Source of the DNA: Nitrospirales bacterium
GTDB taxonomy: Bacteria; Nitrospirota; Nitrospiria; Nitrospirales; UBA8639
Assembly (NCBI GenBank): GCA_963555755.3
Contig: OY820905.2
Coordinates: forward strand, 3,584,001-3,648,000
DNA: 64,000 bases
Reading direction: 5' to 3'
Part shown: piece by piece, positions 20,714 to 32,205 of the stretch
Numbering within the stretch: the first letter of the stretch is position 1
How the letters are laid out: each line of letters begins with the position of its first letter
Notes under the pieces: model-generated
Told to the model about the DNA's origin: nothing
Database searches by the model: none
The model's input: the letters and a program-made list of their open reading frames with translations, nothing else
Made by a program: the position numbers and the translations under genes

Positions 20714-21187
20714 TTAATTCCGACAAGGACCCTGGATCGCGGCGCCCTGCAGGTCAACGCCATCCAGAATGGCATCTTTGAAATTGGCACGAGTAAAGTT
20801 GGCATCGCGAAGATCGGCCGCCCGAAGGTTCGCGTGAGAAAAATTGGCATCTTGCAAATCCGCCATGATCAGCAGCGCCTTCTCTAAACAAGCACCACTC
20901 AGATTCGTGCCTCGAAGGTCTGCCGCCACCAAGTCTGCCTCTGGCATATTCGCCCCTTGAAAATTGGCTCGTTGAACATTCGCGCTGAACAAGTGGATTT
21001 CCGTGGCTTCAATTCCGGAAAAATTGGCCTCCTGCACATTCGCTCCGGTCAAGTTCGCTTCCGTCAAACAGTATCCTGATAAATCCGCTCGAGCTAAATC
21101 CGGGCGAATACCAGGATTTTCCTCTCGCCAATCATTCCAAACTTGAACCCCTTGATCCAAAATTGCGAGATGTTCTGGGTTTGCCAT
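20714..21187 (-). CDS. Pentapeptide repeat protein
   Basis: MANPEHLAIL..WNDWR start followed by A(D/N)Lxx repeats. Confidence 0.92.
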   Translation of the reverse strand: MANPEHLAILDQGVQVWNDWREENPGIRPDLARADLSGYCLTEANLTGANVQEANFSGIEATEIHLFSANVQRANFQGANMPEADLVAADLRGTNLSGACLEKALLIMADLQDANFSHANLRAADLRDANFTRANFKDAILDGVDLQGAAIQGPCRN

Positions 21188-21461
21188 ACCGTCCTTCTTT
21201 TAACAATTCACGCTGTTCATGGGAGATGGAGTTTCTACGAAAACAATCGTTTCAGTTCGTGGGAATTTCGAAACCCTCTGTTTCGGGTCCCTCATGCTTA
21301 TCGGCAAGAAATCCAGAAGCTAAAGGGGAGAGACCCCACCTTCTTTACATGGGGAACAGCCAGTCGACTCATTGAAAATGTGGGGAAAAACGAGCGCCGG
21401 CAATCAAGGCCATCATCAGGAAGACACAGGATGTGAAACAATCAGATCGTGATCCTGCCCC

Positions 21462-22706
21462 TTACTCTTTCAAAAGCGGCATAAGACCACCCATCCAGGC
21501 CAGGGATTCAAAATAACTTTTTTGCAGCGTGGAGTGATCAAGGCCAAGATGTTGAACCCCCTCCCAGTCTCCCTGTTCATAGGCCAAAACACATTGGAGG
21601 ACCTCCCCCCGTTTTCCCTTTCGCTCAATCAAGGCCTCGTGAACGTATGAAGAAAGCTCGACCATACTCAACACTTCCGACATGGGCTTATCCAACAGCG
21701 CATCAAGGACAGAAAACAGACCCACGGTGAAATATTCTTCCACGTCACTTTCGTGTAACGCCGTGGCGACTTCTTCGCTCATCTTTGCCCGCACCAGAGC
21801 AATAAGCAGCAACTCCATGGGCTTGTCATCCATCCCAGCCATGCCCAATAAGGTGCCCCAGGTTTTGAGCTTGGCCAATCCCACTAAACACGCGGCTTGT
21901 CCAATAGAGTCGATTCTCTTGGGTCGGGAAAAAAAGGCGGAGTTCACAAACCGGAGCACTTTATAACTGAGCGAAACATCTTGCTTGATGATGGCTTCAA
22001 CTTCTCCCATTTCCGTTTCCGGATTTTGCAACTTGGCTAACAAGGACAAGATAGCGATTTGATTTGGAGGAATGCATGTTCCTTCAATAATTTTGGGTTT
22101 GCAGAAAAAATAACCTTGAAAGTAGTCAAACCCTAACTTTTTACACCATTCAAAGATTTCCTGCGATTCAATCTTTTCAGCCAAGAGTGTCACGGGCAAC
22201 TGTCTCAAAGTGGCCACATCCTCTGTAAGGCGTTTCGGTTCTAGCGCCATCACATCGAGCTTTACCATCTTCGCGCGCTCGACCATCGGTCGAAGCGCTT
22301 CGGTATATTCAAAGTCATCCAATGCCAGGGTATAGCCCTCCGCGGATAACCGTGTCATCGCTTGGATGACTTCATCATCCATGGGAATATTTTCCAATAT
22401 CTCCAACACCACACGATCTTTCGGCAAATCGCTACAGAGATTATCGCGCAAAAATCTGGTCGTGAGATTAATAAAGGCCAAATGTGGACCCACAATTTGA
22501 TCCAACCCGATTTCCAAAAACGTATTCAACATGACCCGAGCAGTCACGGCATCGCCATCGGAAAAGGTTGCCGCATTCATCTGGCCATCTCGATACAAGA
22601 GTTCATACCCCATGACCTGGAGATCACGATCGAAAATGGCCTGACGTCCGACCATTACCTGATTGGCAGTCTGATTGGGACCAACCGATGTGCTGGCACC
22701 TGACAT
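21462..22706 (-). CDS. EAL/HDOD domain protein (YuxH-like)
   Basis: GRQAIFD..GYELLYR, LEILE, ALDDF, LLAEKIE, FQGYFF, then HDOD helices. Confidence 0.9.
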   Translation of the reverse strand: MSGASTSVGPNQTANQVMVGRQAIFDRDLQVMGYELLYRDGQMNAATFSDGDAVTARVMLNTFLEIGLDQIVGPHLAFINLTTRFLRDNLCSDLPKDRVVLEILENIPMDDEVIQAMTRLSAEGYTLALDDFEYTEALRPMVERAKMVKLDVMALEPKRLTEDVATLRQLPVTLLAEKIESQEIFEWCKKLGFDYFQGYFFCKPKIIEGTCIPPNQIAILSLLAKLQNPETEMGEVEAIIKQDVSLSYKVLRFVNSAFFSRPKRIDSIGQAACLVGLAKLKTWGTLLGMAGMDDKPMELLLIALVRAKMSEEVATALHESDVEEYFTVGLFSVLDALLDKPMSEVLSMVELSSYVHEALIERKGKRGEVLQCVLAYEQGDWEGVQHLGLDHSTLQKSYFESLAWMGGLMPLLKE

Positions 22707-22779
22707 GGAATTTCACCCCTTTGACATTGCCGAATAATGTGGATTCCTTGAGCTTTTTCGGATTGGGGAAACAAAAACT

Positions 22780-23525
22780 GGCTCTTCAGGAAAATTTGTG
22801 GGTCGAGCACCTAACGAATCCTTTCCGAGGCACTGAAAAACCAACGAATTTTCCCACCGGGGACCGGTTTTATTTCGATGCTCATATTCAATTGACTCAT
22901 GGGGAAGTTTCGGATCAGTTGCAATTTTGGTGGAGTCGAGGCCTATGGCGATGACGGACATACTATGCGAGGGGCTCCTGTTCTGATTTAGGCGTCCAAT
23001 CCCGTTCCGTTCGTGGTGAGCTTGTCGAACCATGAATGGTACACATTGAAGTTTCTGACCCTTCGACAAGCTCAGGGCGAACGGATTCTGTCAAGGAAGG
23101 TCTGACTCAAGACGCGAGTCTCACTCCACCAAAATTGCGATTGATCCGAAGTTTCCCTCAGGGTCCACAAGCCGATTAAGCCTACGGTGCAGGGGCTATG
23201 GCATGTGGCCTTGTGGGAAACCTCCTGAGTAGCGCCCTTATGGGGCGCGGCCCACCCAGACGACGGAAAGTAACTCGTGAGGCAACTGAGGAGGCACAGG
23301 AGAGAAGAAAGGCCGAGGTCTGGTGAACCTGAATCCGTCATCCCCGACGTTGGTTATCGGGGATCTATCTTAAGAACGAACCTGGATTCCCGATAACAGA
23401 CGTCGGGAATGACGCGGGGAGGTACCTAGCGCCCTTATGGCGCGCGGCGCACCCGGACGACGGAGGATAGCATGAAGTTACTTAGGAGTTACCTGAGAAG
23501 TACCCACAAATTCTTCGGAGGAGCC
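22780..23525. mobile_element. 746-bp composite non-autonomous element, copy 2
   Basis: Near-identical to 19084-19829; different 8-bp TSD CAAAAACT. Confidence 0.9.
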
Positions 23526-23658
23526 CAAAAACTCAACCATCTCGACGCAAACTCAGGCAAATCAGCAGGGTCAAACTGAACCTACGAGTTCTGGTGATAG
23601 GAGAGAGAGGTTGGGAGAGAGAGGTTGGGAGAGAGAGGTTGGGAGAAAGAGGCGTTGG

Positions 23659-24002
23659 GGCCTGTGAAACAATAACTTGGACATCTCGCATCCCATCTTC
23701 GGGCCATCTTGGAACCTAGAAACAGCAGTCGGATCACAAAAGTCCGCGCAAGATCTTGGCGCACCTCGCAAAACAGAAAAATGTCTCATCACCACCAAGG
23801 TGACCACGACTTTTTCTGTTTCACGATGCACACCAATATTTTTCACGTCTTTTTTGCGCCCAACTGCCGTTTCTAGGTTGAACGCGCTTCAATCAAAACG
23901 CCTCTACATAGGCATGCTATGCCTCGGTGTTTTCTCAATCGTTACGTCCAAATCCGACCCAAACCTGGGCGCGATGTTGTCCAAGTTATTGTTTCACGGG
24001 CC
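23659..24002. mobile_element. MITE family C with MITE B (23715-23877) nested inside
   Basis: GGCCTGTGAAACAATAACTTGG..CCAAGTTATTGTTTCACGGGCC; B flanked by TGGAA/TTGAA. Confidence 0.75.
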
Positions 24003-24003
24003 C

Positions 24004-24825
24004 CTACGGCTTGGCGGCCGGAGATTTTCCGTCTTTCGCAGGCAGGGGTTTTTGTACAGCCTCGATCACTTGCTGAAACTTGGCGAAGGGTTGTGCGCCA
24101 CGAACGATGGTCCCAGTGATCGTATCACCGGCGCCGCTCTTTCCAATAATAAACGATGGGGTACCACGCACCCCGGCCTTGGCTCCATCCTGGATGTTTT
24201 GTTGAATGGCTGCGGCATGCTGCCCGCGTTCCAAGCATGATTCAAACGTAGCCACATCCAACCCAATGGCCTCGGCATTTCGTGAGAGGGCCGGAAGAGA
24301 AAGATCTTTCTGATTCTGAAACAAGACGTCATGCATATCCCAATACCGATCCTGCTCCCCAGCACAATGCGCACTCTCGTGCGCTTTAGCCGCTTGAGGA
24401 TGAATCTGCGTCAGGGGGAAATCGCGAAACACATAGCGGACCTTTCCTGTATCGATATAGTCGCGTTTCAGCTGCGGGAAAACTTGAAGAGTAAAACGTT
24501 TGCAATACGGACATTGATAATCAGAAAACTCGACAATCGTCACCGGCGCATCAGCCTGCCCTAACGTAGGGTAGCCTCCAAAGCCCACGGTCGCGCTGGT
24601 CTTTTCGGGAGGGGCCTCCTTGAACGCCCCTTGAAGGAGTTTTTTAATCTCTGCCACATCTTTCTTCATCTCCTGTAAGTCTTCGCGGAGCGTGCGGATT
24701 TCTTCTTCAACTCCCGCCAGGCTAACCCCAGGACCGGCCATCAAGCACACCACAAACAAGGACACCAACCCTATCGCCACTTGGCTGATTCGGTGACCAA
24801 CAGTCGATCGAGATAATTTCTTCAT
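24004..24825 (-). CDS. DsbA-family thiol-disulfide oxidoreductase
   Basis: EFSDYQCPYC, GVRGTPSF. Confidence 0.92.
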   Translation of the reverse strand: MKKLSRSTVGHRISQVAIGLVSLFVVCLMAGPGVSLAGVEEEIRTLREDLQEMKKDVAEIKKLLQGAFKEAPPEKTSATVGFGGYPTLGQADAPVTIVEFSDYQCPYCKRFTLQVFPQLKRDYIDTGKVRYVFRDFPLTQIHPQAAKAHESAHCAGEQDRYWDMHDVLFQNQKDLSLPALSRNAEAIGLDVATFESCLERGQHAAAIQQNIQDGAKAGVRGTPSFIIGKSGAGDTITGTIVRGAQPFAKFQQVIEAVQKPLPAKDGKSPAAKP

Positions 24826-25012
24826 GGATAAGGATCCCTTTCTTTAAAGCCTGGCTATTAAGGGTACAGGTCAAAGCTTCGACACCAATGACGTTCTCAC
24901 TATCTCAACACAGGGTAGCCCGGAATGCAATACGTAGGTTGTGACTTGGGTTGAACGAAGCAAATCGAGTATCGTGTATTCACGAGACTTTGACAACCAC
25001 TGATCACACTAT

Positions 25013-25226
25013 GGGAATGTTGAAAAAAGCCGCCAGCGGCGTTCTCGCCCTTTTGCCGTGCTCACGTACTATGAGTACGCTCCGCGCGTCAAAATGGCTG
25101 CGGCCTTGCTGGATAGACCCTTCGGAAAGACTCAGGGCATGCTTTTTTGAACATTCCCTCCCCTTGACAATGCTTGGCTCATCCAGAGCTTTTATTGGCA
25201 ATTGACGCGAAATATTCAACAGCCCC
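25013..25226 (+). mobile_element. MITE family A, full length (other copies ~29392-29581, 40583-40698, 44272-44391, 52001-52121, 59614-59734, 63131-63320)
   Basis: TIRs GGGAATGTTGAA / TTCAACAGCCCC; 5-bp TSD ACTAT (AAATT for the 63131 copy). Confidence 0.88.
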
Positions 25227-25957
25227 ACTATTTCGCCTCGAAGCCATGCGATGGAGCTTCGAAAGTTCCAATGCAGGAGCCTTCGCTGTTCCCCTAGCGG
25301 GGGCCGTGCTGCCGCCTGAATGGGTGAGGGCCCGGCAGTCCTGCCGGAGTCGAAGGAGCATGGGGAAAAGGGGACATTCTGATTTTTTTGCAGGGGACCG
25401 AAACGCGGGCATTCTGAGGCGCTGTCGTGCGCGTGCTGCACCATCGCGGGGTGGGAATTTCCAACATTCGATTTGAGCGCGAAGAAAAGGGACATTCCTC
25501 AAAAAGCCTCGCGCCTCCGGGTGTGGGGCTTTTGTCCAAATGGTCAAACATGCAGGATAGCCCTCTCAACGAGAATTCGCTATAAACTGGTGTGAAGGGC
25601 GAACACTTAGGGTGCCAATGCCCTTATTCACTCTTTACGAACCTGTCCACAAAACCGGGGCTAGACCGGTCCACCTGGAAATATAGTAAAGAGTGATGAG
25701 TCATGATAAAATCGTGATCAGTAATGCGTGAAGCGTGATGCCTAAAATGGGGAAACGTCTTTTTGTCTACGGATCATGCATGACGGTTTTCGGATTATGA
25801 CTTCTTCCCCATCGACCCATTACTTTTCTCCAATGCGCCTCACGTATTACGAGTTACGTCTTGTGAACGACGAACCTCGAACGACATCTTTGGTTCCGGG
25901 TCGTCCGGGTTAGGGCCTGTGAGTGAAGGTAGTGTCTGATCCTATGTATGCTGTGGT

Positions 25958-26488
25958 TTGGATGGATGGGAGGGCTGCTCCTTGGTACATCCCACTTCAA
26001 TGATGGTCATCGGGACATTCGTGGCGACGGTGAGTTTTCTCGCGATCACCACGAATGCCGCCGCCTCAACCCCACTCAGTCCCGTCCCGGATGCTACGTT
26101 TCAGAAATTAGATGGAACGCCCATTACGTTGTCTGACTTGAAGGGAGCCGTGGTGCTCATTAATTTCTGGGGCACCTGGTGTGGGCCTTGTCTTCAAGAG
26201 ATCCCGCACCTTGTGCGTCTATCACATCAGCTAAAAACCAAAGGGTTGGACGTGATAGGAATTGCCCTGGACTCTGGGGACCCCAAGGATATTCAAGCCT
26301 TCATGGCAGATCATGGAATGGACTATGTCGTTTGGATGGGTGACCTGGCTATGGTCAAAAAACGTTTCTATATAATGGGCTTTCCAACAAGTTTGCTGAT
26401 TGACCGCAAAGGGTTGATACTCAAACGGTACTTTGGCCCACAAACGGAAGAGGTGTTCAAACAGGATGTGGAATTGCTACTGGAATAA
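25958..26488 (+). CDS. TlpA-family redoxin (start uncertain)
   Basis: INFWGTWCGPC, GFPTSLLIDR. Confidence 0.88.
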   Translation: MDGWEGCSLVHPTSMMVIGTFVATVSFLAITTNAAASTPLSPVPDATFQKLDGTPITLSDLKGAVVLINFWGTWCGPCLQEIPHLVRLSHQLKTKGLDVIGIALDSGDPKDIQAFMADHGMDYVVWMGDLAMVKKRFYIMGFPTSLLIDRKGLILKRYFGPQTEEVFKQDVELLLE

Positions 26489-26680
26489 ACAGGATTGACT
26501 ATATGAAAAGGTAGATTCCGTTGAGCGCTGATGTATAAGGTTGAACTTGCTATTCCCCGTAGCTTGCTACGGGGTTACCCCTTAGATTCCCCCTTTGGAA
26601 AAGGGGGTTAGGGGGATTTTCAAATCATTTTGTTCCTCTGAATACCCCGTCAGCTTGCTGCGGGGATCTTTATTGAGTAA

Positions 26681-28951
26681 ATGATCATGAATCGACGTCG
26701 AAAGAGTCCGATTGCACAATTCTTGACGATAGCCGTGGGTATAAGCCTCTTGCTTGTGCCCATGAACACCGTTGCGACTGAACCCAGACACCTCACATCC
26801 CCGAACGTCACACCTGAATCAACGGGGAATCTGTTGGCTGGGGAGGCCAGCCCCTACTTAAGAGAAGCTTCACGGCAACCAGTACACTGGCGCCCCTGGA
26901 ATCAAGCGGCTTTTCAACAGGCGCAAGAAGAAGATAAACCCATCCTCCTGGATATTGGTGCTGTCTGGTGTCATTGGTGTCACGTGATGGACATGGAGTC
27001 GTATGAAAATCAGGAGATTGCTAATCTCATCAACCAAAATTTTGTCGCGATCAAAGTGGATATGGATGAGCGACCGGATATTGACCGTAGATACCAGGAA
27101 GCTGTTCGGGCTTTGACAGGCCAAGGTGGCTGGCCATTGACCGCGTTTCTTACATCGGAAGGCCAGGTATTTTTTGGTGGCACGTATTTCCCGCCGACCA
27201 CGCGTGGGAGACGAACAGGCCTGAAGCAGCTACTGCCTGAATTGGTGAGGGTGTACACAGTGGGCAAGGCTCAAGTGCAGGTCAGTGCAGCGCAACTGGC
27301 CAGGACCTTGGCCAGCTATGGCGCGCGCGCTAATCAGAAAGGTCCCCTCTTCGAGGGCCTCGTGCAGTCCGTGACCACGAGTATGGCCAAGGAGTTTGAT
27401 CCCGTGAACGGTGGCTTTGGCACTGGCGCGAAATTTCCCTCGGGGAGTGCGATGGATTTGGCGTTGGCCACGTACTTTGTCAATCAGGATCCGAAGATGC
27501 TGGAGATTGCCACCAAGACGTTGGATGCCATGGCCCATGGCGGGGTATACGATCACATCGGTGGAGGGTTTTTCCGATATGCCACTGATCCGCAGTGGAC
27601 CGTTCCCCATTTTGAAAAAATGAACTACGACAATGCAGAACTCTTAATGAATTATCTCCACGCTTACCAGGCCACAGGGAATGTGTTGTATCGGAAGATC
27701 GCCGAGGGTATCAGGATTTATGTCAATGGCGTGCTGTCGAATCAAGACACCGGCGGGTTTTATGCTCATCAGGATGCCGACATGACACGGGAAGACGATG
27801 GAGATTATTACACCTGGACGGTTCAAGACGTGCGGCAGGCCCTCCCCCAAGATGAAGAAGAGGTCATTCTCCGCTACTACGATATTCAAGCCCTGGGGGA
27901 GATGCGGGAGAATCCTGCCAAGAATGTCCCGTTGATTGCCACTACGTCAGAGGCCATTGCCCAAGAGCTAAAGGTACCGATAGACAAAGTCAGGGAGCTC
28001 ATCCGCCATGGCACACAACATTTGTATCAGGCACGTCTGACACGCAAAGCCCCACTGGTCGATCAGACTATGTATGCTGACCGTAATGGGATGTTGATCT
28101 CCGCGTACCTGGAAGCTTTTCAGGTTCTCGGAGATGAACACGCGAAGGCCTTTGCGCTCAAGACGCTTGATCTCTTGCTTCGAGCAGCCTATCGAGAAGG
28201 GCAAGGAATGTACCACGCGTATTTTGAAGGGCAGGCACGTGTCCCAGGATTGCTCAATGATCAGGTGCAGATGGCCAACGCTTCACTGGATGCGTTCGAA
28301 GTCACTGGGGAAACGCGGTATCTGGCCGTGGCCAAGGATCTCATGGATTATGCCATCGTCACATTGTGGGACTCACAAGCCGGCGGGTTTTTCGATCGCG
28401 CCCCTCAAGCAGATGCCCTCGCGGTGTTAGGGCGACCGGTCAAGGATATCAGTGATAACCCCACGGCTTCCCCCAATGGTGTCGCCGCCGCCGTCCTCGA
28501 TCGGCTGGCCTCGCTGACAAATCGCCAAGACTATGCACAGAAAGCCCGTGAAACGTTGGAGGCCTTCGCCGGCTCAGCGCAGCGGCGTGGGCGATTTATT
28601 GCCGCCTACGCCCTGGCCGTGTACCATCATTTCAATCGTCCAGCTCAGGCGGTGATCATCGGCAAGAAAAACGATCCCAAAACGCAGAGTCTCTGGAACG
28701 CCGCCCTGACTAGTTATCGTCCGGGGAAAATCGTCGCGGTGTATGATCCGACGGAAGTGAAACTAGACCATCTCCCGCCAGCCGTCGCCGGGGCCGTCAA
28801 AGTATTTGGTATCAAAGGAGAGCCTCGCGCGTATGTCTGTGCCGGCGTCACCTGCGCCCCACCCACCACGGACCCGAACGAAGTTGCGACTCTCGTGAAA
28901 ACCTACGGTGTGATCAACCCTCACCCGAAAGAAGTCATTCCACATTCATAA
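26681..28951 (+). CDS. YyaL/SSP411 thioredoxin-domain protein
   Basis: SPYL..PVHW, WCHWCHVM, GGWPLT, PHFEKM. Confidence 0.92.
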   Translation: MIMNRRRKSPIAQFLTIAVGISLLLVPMNTVATEPRHLTSPNVTPESTGNLLAGEASPYLREASRQPVHWRPWNQAAFQQAQEEDKPILLDIGAVWCHWCHVMDMESYENQEIANLINQNFVAIKVDMDERPDIDRRYQEAVRALTGQGGWPLTAFLTSEGQVFFGGTYFPPTTRGRRTGLKQLLPELVRVYTVGKAQVQVSAAQLARTLASYGARANQKGPLFEGLVQSVTTSMAKEFDPVNGGFGTGAKFPSGSAMDLALATYFVNQDPKMLEIATKTLDAMAHGGVYDHIGGGFFRYATDPQWTVPHFEKMNYDNAELLMNYLHAYQATGNVLYRKIAEGIRIYVNGVLSNQDTGGFYAHQDADMTREDDGDYYTWTVQDVRQALPQDEEEVILRYYDIQALGEMRENPAKNVPLIATTSEAIAQELKVPIDKVRELIRHGTQHLYQARLTRKAPLVDQTMYADRNGMLISAYLEAFQVLGDEHAKAFALKTLDLLLRAAYREGQGMYHAYFEGQARVPGLLNDQVQMANASLDAFEVTGETRYLAVAKDLMDYAIVTLWDSQAGGFFDRAPQADALAVLGRPVKDISDNPTASPNGVAAAVLDRLASLTNRQDYAQKARETLEAFAGSAQRRGRFIAAYALAVYHHFNRPAQAVIIGKKNDPKTQSLWNAALTSYRPGKIVAVYDPTEVKLDHLPPAVAGAVKVFGIKGEPRAYVCAGVTCAPPTTDPNEVATLVKTYGVINPHPKEVIPHS

Positions 28952-29092
28952 GGGCACCTCTAAAAACCGTCCTTTTCTGTGATGGCGGCGTCAGCCGCGT
29001 GCTCACATCCTCATGTATTCGCCCATACATTCCGGTTTTCCGCGCGCGGTTTCCTTGCCCTCACATAAAATGCCTGGTTTGTAGAGGTGCTC
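28952..29092. mobile_element. MITE family J
   Basis: TIRs GGGCACCTCTA / TAGAGGTGCTC; ATAA duplicated on both sides. Confidence 0.65.
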
Positions 29093-29741
29093 ATAACTCT
29101 CCAGTGCTGAAACTCAACCAAAATTCACTGGGGAAAATGAGAATAGTACCGTTACTCAACTTAGGGCTCGCGCAAAAATAACTTCCCCTGTTTGGGTGAT
29201 GAGACACCTGTCTGGCAAGGCGCGAGGACTGCGCATACCCCTCGTATGGAAAGGACGAGCAACGCCGCCAGACGGGATGGATCGACGCTCAAACAGGGGA
29301 AGTTATTCTTGCGCGAGCCCTTAACCAAGTCTGACACCGTTTCAATCAGGAAGTATCCCCCGTCAGCCGTGGCGGGAAAGGGCATACCCAAGGGAATGTT
29401 GAAAAAAGCCGCCAGCGGCGTTCTCGCACTTTTGCCGTGCTCACGTACTATGAGTACGCTCCGCGCGTCAAAAGTGCTGCAGCCTTGCTGGACGGACTTT
29501 TTTGAACATTCCCTCCTACTGACGATATCGGGCTCATCTGGAGTGTGTATTGGCTATTGACGTGAATTATTCAACAGCCCCCCTATTAAAACAGGGAAGC
29601 CTGAAAGGCGCGGAAGCACTCCCATCGAACTACTAGTCCTCGATTCAGAGAACCCAAAAAATGGCAACTGAGGTCACGTATTCCCGCTCCTTCATTTTCT
29701 GCCACCCTTTTCTTTCTCTTTATCCTTTCGCTGTTCCCTTT

Positions 29742-30066
29742 TGTCATTTCGACCCCAAGGAGAAATCTCGTATTCTCTCACACCAGCCCCCGTGGCTTAA
29801 AAAAGTGGATGCTACCCTTTATAAGGGCACCAAGATTGATCGAACTGATGAACGGAAGGGGATGAGCAATCAGTCCCACTCTGTCATTTCGAGTGGAAGG
29901 AGAAATCTCTCTGTTGGGGTTGGACGGCCTGCCCATGCGTGGTGGGAGTGGCAAGATTTCTCCCCAGGGTCGACATGACAACAGGAGGGGAGTTGCAAGG
30001 TTAGAAGCCTATTCGAGATGAGCAATTAGGGGTTCTCCTTTGTCATTTCGAGTGGAAGGAGAAATC
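29742..30066. repeat. Cluster of GTCATTTCGA..GAGAAATCT REP-like palindromes; ~170-bp block repeated at 36601-36765
   Basis: Direct sequence match between the two regions. Confidence 0.75.
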
Positions 30067-30222
30067 GGATCATGCAGAATTTAGGGTTCTGGCAGCACAA
30101 TACGATCAGGTGCAAATAAATTTATGGCACTCCTCGTGGGTTATGTTGCCTCTCCTTTTGAGCGAATTGCGTCGTCTTTTATTTTTAGGTAGCTGCAGCA
30201 TCTCATGCTGCCTCTTCCTGGC

Positions 30223-32205
30223 GTACGCCGGGCATGATCGAGTAATTGGAGGTGCCAGTGCAATGACATTGTAGTCCTCTGCGGGGCCTGCCGGAGGCAA
30301 CCGCGAGTCGCAGGGCAACTGCGTCGCCGTGAGGCGAGGTGGGATGGAAGCCTGAGACGAACCGCAGCACCGAACGAACAGTCAAGCGCCTATAGGCACG
30401 TCGGTCCGGGTGAGTGTGCGCCATAACACGACGCCCAATATTCGGTCGGGACCGACGGGTAAAGGCGACGGAGGCGGCGGGACATGACTCGATCTTATCC
30501 CGGGAGATCTCCATGTGTCCCCAGATGGGATAGGGCTGGAGGAGGAAACGACGACAGCCCGATGCGCGTGGAGAAGTCGGATCATTCCATCGTAGCGATG
30601 AAACCCTCGAAAGAGGATGGAGCCAAGGGAGTGACAGAGATGAAAAGAGCCGAAAGACGACAACTGAACTTCGCGTTCGCAGACCAGCCCGAAGAGGGAC
30701 GCGGACAGGCCAAGGCCCCGGGCGTCCCCGAGGTCAAAGCCTGGCTGCGGCAGATAGCGAAGAGCAAGGAGTCGAACCAATCGGCCGCCAGAGTAGATTC
30801 GCCGAAGGCGGGTTTACTCGAACAGGTAGCGTCCTCGCCGAATCTGGCGAAGGCGCTGTTGAACGTCGTAGGCAACAACGGTGCGGCAGGTGTGGACGGA
30901 AAGAGCGTGAAAGAAGTGCTTCAGAACGTTCGGGCCCTTCTCCCCAAGCTCCAACATGCGCTGCTGAAGGAGACCTATCGCCCCGGTGACATCCGGCGGG
31001 TTTGGTTACCTAAGCCCGGAGGAGGAGAGCGGGGGTTGGGGATACCCACCGTGATAGATCGATGGGTGCAAGAAGCGACCCGGCATGTGCTGGAACCGAT
31101 GTTCGAGCTCCATTTCCACCCCAGTAGTCATGGATTCCGTCCGAAACGAGGCGCACAGACCGCCATCGCGGAAGCAAAACGGCATATCGAAGAAGGGCGC
31201 GAAGTGGTTGTAGCTTGGGACCTATCCACATTCTTCGATCGCGTAAACCATCAGAGGCTTCTGAACCGTTTGGCTCAGAAAGCCGAAGATGGACGCGTCT
31301 TGAAACTGATACACCGGAGGCTCAAAGCGAAAGTGGTCATGCCCGACGGAGCGGTCATCACGGTCAAAGAAGGCACACCTCAAGGCGGCCCACTAAGCCC
31401 GTTGCTATCCAGCGGCGTACTCGACGAACTGGATTGGGAACTGGAACGACGTGGGCTGAGCTGTGTGCGCTACGCCGACGAGGCGAACATCTACGTGCAT
31501 AGCGAACGTGCTGGAGACCGGGTGATGGACTCAACTCGCCGCTTCATCGAAAAGCGTTTGCGTGTGAAGGTGAACGAAGAGAAGAGCTCGGTAACCAGCC
31601 CCGATAAAGTTCATTTCCTGGGGTTCTGCTTTCGCAGGAGTCGGGAAGGCACGCTGGAGGTGCATCTATCGGAGCGAAGCAACCGGCGCATAAGCGTCCG
31701 TATCCGGGAACTGACCCCGCGCAAGTGGGGCCAATCACTGGAGCGGTGCCTCTCCGAATTGAACACCTACCTGCGGGGTTGGGAAGCCTACTTCGGCGGG
31801 ATAGGCACTCGTGGTGGAGCCTATCGCTTCCATACTTTTGATGGGCATATACGCAGGCGACTGCGAGCGCTCATCATTCGTCAGAAGCGCCGACCCCGAC
31901 ACCTGCATCGACATCTCAAAGCGCGTGGCGTTCGCGGGGAAGTAGCGGCGCGCGCCGCGTTCGCGCAACGCGGCACAAGAGCTGTACTTGGGCTCTGCAT
32001 CAGGCGTATCCGAATGCATGGTTCGAGAAAAGGGTTTATACCCTGTGGAGCGAATGGCAACGCAAACACCCCGAAGTGTTCACGGCCTCGGACGGACAAC
32101 TATTGCTGTTCGCCTAAGAGATGGCGCTCTGAGGAGCCGGATGTGTGGTCCACAAGTCCGGTTCTGTGAGAGCTGGGGGAGGGCAACCTCCCCTGGCTAC
32201 TCGAC
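30223..32205 (+). mobile_element. Group II intron (class C-like), probably decayed
   Basis: 5' GTACGCCGGGCATG; short domain V GAGCCGGATG..GTCCGGTTC; domain VI GGGGAGGGCAACCTCCCC; 3' CTCGAC; inserted just after a hairpin. Confidence 0.85.
30640..32117 (+). pseudogene. Group II intron reverse transcriptase/maturase with YADE active site and frameshifted C-terminus
   Basis: GAAGVDG, RGLGIP, HGFRP, GTPQGGPLSPLL, RYADE; plausible C-terminus (HQAYPNAWF..QLLLFA*) lies in another frame from ~31970. Confidence 0.75.

Noticed and set aside
21190..23600. c-di-GMP riboswitch near the EAL/HD-GYP genes
   Set aside because: No GEMM-type motif could be recognised.
23598..23652. 14-bp purine-rich tandem repeat (GAGAGAGGTTGGGA x3)
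   Set aside because: Simple slippage repeat with no further support.
24951..25205. Recurrent short ORFs such as MLKKAASGVLALLPCSRT
   Set aside because: Translations of MITE A in inconsistent frames with no conserved start or stop.
26553..26666. CCCCG(T/C)AGCTTGCT(A/G)CGGGG palindromes suggestive of IS200/IS605 ends
   Set aside because: No tnpA/tnpB nearby; too little to define an element.
30484..32169. Retron or DGR reverse transcriptase
   Set aside because: Motifs and flanking domain V/VI identify a group II intron; no template/variable repeat pair was seen.
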